Assembly: GCA_963716725.1 (NCBI GenBank)
Contig: CAVQUB010000010.1
Span: 1 to 64,000 of the forward strand
DNA: 64,000 nucleotides
Reading direction: 5' to 3'
From: an uncultured delta proteobacterium
GTDB lineage: Bacteria; Myxococcota_A; Polyangia; Polyangiales; Polyangiaceae
The notes under the pieces were generated by a model that worked only from the letters and a program-made list of their open reading frames with translations, did not search any database and was not told the DNA's origin. A program made the position numbers and the translations under genes. Positions within the stretch are counted from its first letter, which is position 1. Each line of letters starts with the position of its first letter. Positions 58,984 through 64,000 of the stretch are shown here, one piece after another.

Positions 58984-60265
58984 CGTGCCAGCCCGATCGC
59001 AGTCCGTACACGACGGAGCAGGCGCTGCCCCTGGGACTCGCGCCGTCGTGGCTGCGGGGGGCCGAAGGCGCTGGAGATCGTGCGCTTGGCTCGACGCCCT
59101 TCGGCGCAGCGGCCCCCGGCTCCGCGTCGGATCCCCCTCGATTGGCGAGCACGATGACGGTCACTAGGCCGACCCCGGCCACCACCAACGCGACGAGCAC
59201 GCCAACCGCCGCAATGGGCAATGACGCGCCTCGAGGAGCGCTGCTCACGGCTCCAAACGCGCTGCCGCCACCCGCGGCACCGGGAGCGAGCCCCGGAGTT
59301 TCGGGGGATTCCATCGTGGGCAGCGCGAATCGCGTGGCGTCCCGCTCACTCGCGCGCGGGTCGCTCTGGGTGCTCGGAGAATCGGACGGCCGCCAGAACG
59401 GCGCCAGGTCAGCGGCGAGAGCGCTGGCGTCCGGGTACCGCGCCCCGGGCTGCAACGCGGTCGCGCGTGCCACAATGGCTGACACTTCAGGCGGCAGCGA
59501 CGGCACCACGGTGGCCAAGGCGGGGATGTCGCCCCGCAACGCGGACTGCAGGAGATCCACCAACGCTGGATTCGAACCGTGAGGTCGAAGGGGATGATGA
59601 CCCGCCAAGGCTTCGTACAGACAGATCCCGAGCGAGTACACGTCCGACGCAGGGGTCGGAGGCATTCCTCGAAGCAGCTCAGGTGCAACGTAGGCGGGGC
59701 TTCCTGGCGTCGTGCCAACCGCAGTAATCCCCTTGGTCAGCGCAGCCGACGTCACCTTGGCGATCCCAAAGTCCAACACCTTGACCGTGCCCGAATCACA
59801 AACAAACAGATTCGCGGGTTTCAAATCGCGGTGAACGATCCCGCGCGCGTGGGCGGCTGCCACGCCGCAGGCTGCGAGCGCAACGACTTGAACGGCTCCG
59901 TGAAGAGAAATTCGTGAGCCGCGCGAGCGATGCTCGCCAAGCAAGTCGCTAAGCGACTTGCCCTCGAGCAACTCGAGCTCCATCACGAGGAGCTGCCCCT
60001 CGAGGCGCACGCCATAGAATCGCACGATGTTCGGGTGGTGAAGTCCTTCGTGGACGGCCGCCTCCTGCATCAGTCTGGCTGCCAGATCCGTGTGTTCGAA
60101 CACATCCGGGTGCACCACCTTCAACGCGCGTTCGATCTGTGGCTGCACCACGTTCTGGGCGCGGAAAATGACCGCGCTGCTGCCCCGACCGATGACCTCG
60201 GTCAGCCGATAGCCGCCGAGGTCGCGACCAACGAGCGCCTCGAGCTCTGTGGTGGATTGCTCCAT
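58976..60265 (-). CDS. Membrane-anchored Ser/Thr protein kinase
   Basis: GRGSSAVI, ALK, HRDLKPAN, DFG, GSPAYVAPE, SDVYSLG; TM segment IAAVGVLVALVVAGVGLVTVIVLA. Confidence 0.92.
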   Translation of the reverse strand: MEQSTTELEALVGRDLGGYRLTEVIGRGSSAVIFRAQNVVQPQIERALKVVHPDVFEHTDLAARLMQEAAVHEGLHHPNIVRFYGVRLEGQLLVMELELLEGKSLSDLLGEHRSRGSRISLHGAVQVVALAACGVAAAHARGIVHRDLKPANLFVCDSGTVKVLDFGIAKVTSAALTKGITAVGTTPGSPAYVAPELLRGMPPTPASDVYSLGICLYEALAGHHPLRPHGSNPALVDLLQSALRGDIPALATVVPSLPPEVSAIVARATALQPGARYPDASALAADLAPFWRPSDSPSTQSDPRASERDATRFALPTMESPETPGLAPGAAGGGSAFGAVSSAPRGASLPIAAVGVLVALVVAGVGLVTVIVLANRGGSDAEPGAAAPKGVEPSARSPAPSAPRSHDGASPRGSACSVVYGLRSGWHGV

Positions 60266-60312
60266 CCCGCCGTGCAGAATATCCTACGCCGTGGGCGAGC
60301 ACGACAACTGAC

Positions 60313-61701
60313 ATGGACTCGAAGCTGCAAGCGAGCCTCGATGCCGTACGGCAAGCGGGGGCACGTGCGGGAACAGCCGCGAAAACGGGAAGCGAACCCT
60401 CGCGCGCGCTGAAGACCGTGCTCGATTTCCCATTTCGAATCGATCTGGGCGACGAGACCCGCGCGCGTGTCGGAGCGCTGTTCGAGTCCGTCAAGGCCAC
60501 GCCGGCAGAAGGGGATTGGCCGTCGCTCTACCGAGAAGCTCTGGCGGTCTGCCAGCTGGCAGCCGGCGAGATCGACGCGCGAGCCGGTCGGCTTCAGAGG
60601 GACTCGATCACCATCGCGGAGGAGTCCGAACGGGCAAACCGCACTGCTGGCAGCGGGCACAGTCGAACGGAGGAGGCACGCCGCGACGCTCATCGGGCAG
60701 CGCAGCGCGTGGCCAAGGATTGGACCGAGCGGACGCGCCGGCAGCTCGAACACGTCAACTACGAGTGCGTGTCCACCGCCACGACGACGCTCGAGCGCGA
60801 GGGGGTGCAGATGCATCCACCGCCGGGGCTCCTCCCCCCGGCCACCGAACAGAGCCTAACGCTGAGCGCGCGCCCGGACTGGTGGCACCGCTACGCGAGC
60901 TACGTACAACAGTCCTGCGATCGCTGGACGCAGGTCACGAGTCACGGGCTCGAGAGCGGGCTTCGCGAGGCGTTGAGCGCGTCCATGCAGGCGTCTGGAG
61001 CCGGCGTGCCGCTGTCGGAACCTGGGTCTGCGCGGGCGGCGCCGGACACGGACATGCTGCTGGGCGGGAGACCACCCCCGCAGCAGGTGGTGGAAGTTCC
61101 TGGGCTGCTCGCGACGGCATTCCTGCGAGTGCGGTCCGTCGGGTTCACGGTGATGGGTATTCTGACGCTCGCAGGCGTGTTCGGGCTGGGCGCCGGCAAG
61201 GCGCGCTCCCCCCCTCCGGCGCCGGCCGCGGTCGAGCCACCTGGGGTGGCTAAGAGCGAGAACCCTCCCCTTGACCCCGAGACTCTAAAAGTGGCGTTGG
61301 TTGTCGCCGGGTTGTTCTTGCTTTGCATCGGCATCTACCAGGCCATCGCGACGCAGCGCAAAGAACGAGACAAGGGCGTCGCGGCGCAGCGCCAAGCGCT
61401 GGATGCGTACATCCGCGCTGAAGTGCAACGCATGCTGGAGCGACACCGGGGCAAACTCGAGCGCTTCGTGCAGGCACGGATCGAAGACTGGGAGGCTGCG
61501 ATCGACGCGCACCACGCCGCGCACGTGCTCCCTCGGCTCGAACGGGATTCGGCGGAGCACGTCGAGAGCCTTCGCGAACTCAAGCTGCGGGCAACCGCCG
61601 TGAACGATGAGTTGTCCAAAGCACGGAGCCAACGAGCCACACTGCAGAGCGCCTGGGTCGAGCTCCAATCCCAGGCTCGGGATCTGGGGGTCGGTCAGTG
61701 A
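60313..61701 (+). CDS. 2-TM coiled-coil hypothetical protein (462 aa)
   Basis: Two hydrophobic segments flanked by helical/coiled-coil regions; divergent from the kinase across a 47-bp gap. Confidence 0.75.
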   Translation: MDSKLQASLDAVRQAGARAGTAAKTGSEPSRALKTVLDFPFRIDLGDETRARVGALFESVKATPAEGDWPSLYREALAVCQLAAGEIDARAGRLQRDSITIAEESERANRTAGSGHSRTEEARRDAHRAAQRVAKDWTERTRRQLEHVNYECVSTATTTLEREGVQMHPPPGLLPPATEQSLTLSARPDWWHRYASYVQQSCDRWTQVTSHGLESGLREALSASMQASGAGVPLSEPGSARAAPDTDMLLGGRPPPQQVVEVPGLLATAFLRVRSVGFTVMGILTLAGVFGLGAGKARSPPPAPAAVEPPGVAKSENPPLDPETLKVALVVAGLFLLCIGIYQAIATQRKERDKGVAAQRQALDAYIRAEVQRMLERHRGKLERFVQARIEDWEAAIDAHHAAHVLPRLERDSAEHVESLRELKLRATAVNDELSKARSQRATLQSAWVELQSQARDLGVGQ

Positions 61702-62555
61702 CCGCCGAACAGCTCGTCGAGCTCGTCCAGCAAATCGATAACGGTCTGCGCGCCGACGTTGATCAGGCTGACACCATCCAGGAGCAACGTCTTGGCTTCG
61801 CCTGCTGCTTGCAGCGCCTCCGATACGGTGGTGACGGCGGCGATCAAACGCCCGGCGGTGCCTCCTACGTCGGTCCCCAGCCCCTGCAGCTCGTTGCGCG
61901 AGCGCGACTCCGCTAGGTCAAGCACCCGTTGAGCGTCTACGTCCAAGCGTTGACGATTACGCTCCAGCGTTGAACAGACATTCCCGGCGGTGATGGCGGC
62001 CGACTCCGCGAACGAGACGGCGCACGACCGGGTGGGAGTGACGCAGTCGTCCGTCAGCACGGCCAGGGTGTTGGAGGTTTGCTCGACGACGCGATTCCGC
62101 GTGCCAGCGAGCTGCTGGCTGGCATCCCCGCCCAGCTGCTCACCGGGTTGCTCGAGCGCGCCGCCTGTCGCGGAGACGGCCAGCGCGCGATCGGTCAAGA
62201 GTGCGACGGCCTCCGACGCCGTGGTCATCGCGGCTTCCAGGGTGCTGCGAGCACTTTCCGCCGCGAGCTGGAGCGCATCGATTTCGGCGCGCACCAGTTC
62301 GAGGCCGTGCCCCGGCTCGCCTGCCACTTCCGCCAACTCCGGGCGGAAGCCGCGCAGTTCGGCCAGGACGGTGCCCCCGACGCCAGCCATTGCCTCGGAC
62401 GCCCGGTCCCATTCGCTGGCGAGCGAGGTCAATTCCTCCAGAACACTCGCGAGCGCCGCCTCGTCCAGCGGCACGAGCTGATGCTCGAGCTCGGCAGCGG
62501 CGGACTCGAATGCCTCGAGAGCGCTTTGCAGCTCCACACTTTGGGTCTCAGTCAT
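61695..62555 (-). CDS. Acidic helical-bundle hypothetical protein (286 aa)
   Basis: Ala/Glu/Leu-rich heptad-like sequence; overlaps the upstream gene. Confidence 0.75.
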   Translation of the reverse strand: MTETQSVELQSALEAFESAAAELEHQLVPLDEAALASVLEELTSLASEWDRASEAMAGVGGTVLAELRGFRPELAEVAGEPGHGLELVRAEIDALQLAAESARSTLEAAMTTASEAVALLTDRALAVSATGGALEQPGEQLGGDASQQLAGTRNRVVEQTSNTLAVLTDDCVTPTRSCAVSFAESAAITAGNVCSTLERNRQRLDVDAQRVLDLAESRSRNELQGLGTDVGGTAGRLIAAVTTVSEALQAAGEAKTLLLDGVSLINVGAQTVIDLLDELDELFGGH

Positions 62556-63465
62556 CCCCGCCCCCGCGCTCTTTCTCTTCCTCCTCGCGTCTCAGTCGTT
62601 CATCCTCGGCTATGATGTCCGGGGCCTTCGCGGAGACCGATGTGAACAGCCTCGACAGCCGCTCGAAGAGGCTGCTCGACTCTCCGGTCTGCCTGCCGAC
62701 TTCTCGCCCACCGTCTCTCAGAGCGTTGCCGGCATCGCCGAGCGCCGCGACCAGTTCGTCGACGGCTTGCGCTATCCGAACCTGCACTTCCGATTGGATC
62801 GCACTGCGTGACGCGGCAATCAGACCCGACGTCCGTGACCGGACTGTGCCGAGCAACAAACTACCGATGAACGAACCGAACTCGGTCCCCTGTGCTTCGC
62901 AGGTGTCCGCCGCTTCGGACAGGGCAGATTGAATGTTGGAAATCGCGTCCCCCGCGGCTTCAACGACGGTTTGTTCAGCATCTGACGCGCTCTGGCTCGA
63001 CTCGCCGACGCTCCCCACCAGCTCGTCTCCAGCAGCTACGAGATCACCCAGGCCGGCGTCGAGGTTGCTGCTTGCGGACTGCGCGACGTCGTGTGCGTCC
63101 GCGGCGCTCGAGCGCGCCTGCTCCAGCTTCGTCCGCAGATCGACGAGCGACTGAGTCGTAAGGTGCACGAGCTCGCTCACGCCGGCATCAATCGCTCGTT
63201 CGGAATCGGAATTCAGTCCGGATCCCATGCTGTCCTGTTCGGGCAGCCGCATTGCCGTCACGGAGTGAAACTCCGACACCATCTCACTGTGGAGGCCCCG
63301 CAGCACAGCCGACGCTGCTCCCTCTGCTGCGGCGAGCGCCGGAGGCAGGTCCCGCAGTCGCAAACGCGCCTCCTCGTGTGCCACTGACCAAGCCGACGCT
63401 TTCTGTAGCAATTCGTTTGCGCGCTCGCCAGCGGCGAGCAACCGGACGAGGGCCTCGTCGGTCAC
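62548..63465 (-). CDS. Acidic helical-bundle hypothetical protein (305 aa)
   Basis: Ala/Ser/Glu-rich; GTGA overlap with the upstream gene. Confidence 0.75.
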   Translation of the reverse strand: MTDEALVRLLAAGERANELLQKASAWSVAHEEARLRLRDLPPALAAAEGAASAVLRGLHSEMVSEFHSVTAMRLPEQDSMGSGLNSDSERAIDAGVSELVHLTTQSLVDLRTKLEQARSSAADAHDVAQSASSNLDAGLGDLVAAGDELVGSVGESSQSASDAEQTVVEAAGDAISNIQSALSEAADTCEAQGTEFGSFIGSLLLGTVRSRTSGLIAASRSAIQSEVQVRIAQAVDELVAALGDAGNALRDGGREVGRQTGESSSLFERLSRLFTSVSAKAPDIIAEDERLRREEEEKERGGGDD

Positions 63466-64000
63466 AATCCAAACACCCCTTTCAGTGCGTTGATTGCTTT
63501 GGCCGCGTGCTTGGCAGCGACGAGGGCGGGGAGTGCCGGTCCCAGCGCAGCCGTGATCTGCGAGCCCACAGTCGTCGTGAGCGCCGCTTCAGCAACGTCT
63601 TGTGCGAGCGCCTGCACGCCGTTGGACACCGCTCGCAAAGCGCCTTCCTTGATGCGGCCGACCAAGGTGTCGCGGATCTCGGTGGCAACCGATGACAGCG
63701 CCGAGTTCCATGTGTGGTCGAGGTCTGTGCCGAGTCCCATCGCTTCGCCCACGAACCCATCGACCTCCGAATCGATCGCGGCTCCCAGTCCGTCCATCGC
63801 GCCGTCGAGGGAGCTCGTCAGCGCTTCGCTGACGGTATTTGTGCTCTGGGCTAGCGACGCTTCCGTCGCTGCCTCGTGTTCCTCCGATACGGCGTCACCG
63901 AACTCATCGAGCGCGGAGCTGACCGACGATTGTTGGCGCAGAATCGCCGCCGCACAGCGTTGTCCGTCCTCCGTGAGCGCAGCGAGCGCCTCCGCGAGCG
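63462..64000 (-). CDS. Helical hypothetical protein, 5' end outside the window
   Basis: Frame is open from the window edge through MDGLGAAID... to GVFGL*; amphipathic/hydrophobic C-terminus. Confidence 0.7.
   Translation of the reverse strand, partial: LAEALAALTEDGQRCAAAILRQQSSVSSALDEFGDAVSEEHEAATEASLAQSTNTVSEALTSSLDGAMDGLGAAIDSEVDGFVGEAMGLGTDLDHTWNSALSSVATEIRDTLVGRIKEGALRAVSNGVQALAQDVAEAALTTTVGSQITAALGPALPALVAAKHAAKAINALKGVFGL

Overview
High-GC (~68-70% by eye) DNA that looks myxobacterial (Polyangiaceae-like, judged from eukaryotic-type Ser/Thr kinases, lipoproteins and codon usage; not verified). The 3' half of a tRNA-Arg(CCG) at 18839-18885, a probable att site, splits the window in two. 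Left of it (2.3-18.8 kb) is an IS-riddled polymorphic-toxin locus: a teneurin-like NHL/YD-Rhs lipoprotein with a coupled immunity candidate, an orphan Rhs-CT/immunity pair, relic cassettes, an FGE-sulfatase lipoprotein and an HExxH protein. Right of it (18.9 kb to the window end) is an anti-phage defence island. It carries an excisionase, a hyper-acidic small protein, a PIN/DUF433 TA pair, a prokaryotic viperin coupled to an unknown gene, a DisA_N/DAC-domain protein, and a class I DISARM operon (drmD-drmMI...drmA-drmB-drmC). Six genes are nested inside DISARM: an NDT/TIR-like effector, McrB, McrC, a DEDDh exonuclease, a Pol-beta nucleotidyltransferase and a RelE-UvrD fusion. A coupled kinase follows, then a three-gene operon with two PLD-like proteins (first gene split by a 3.26-kb Mu/Tn7-like transposon with a 5-bp TSD), a relic drmC and a cluster of helical proteins. 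Best candidates for an undescribed system: (1) the exonuclease + HalB-like NTase (C-terminal Tyr) + RelE-UvrD module, which has no HalA-type membrane effector; (2) the tandem HDRF PLD-like operon; (3) viperin + partner + DAC. Several single-base frameshifts (drmA twice, transposase, DUF559, kinase) may be assembly errors. All family calls come from motif reading by eye; no database search was run.
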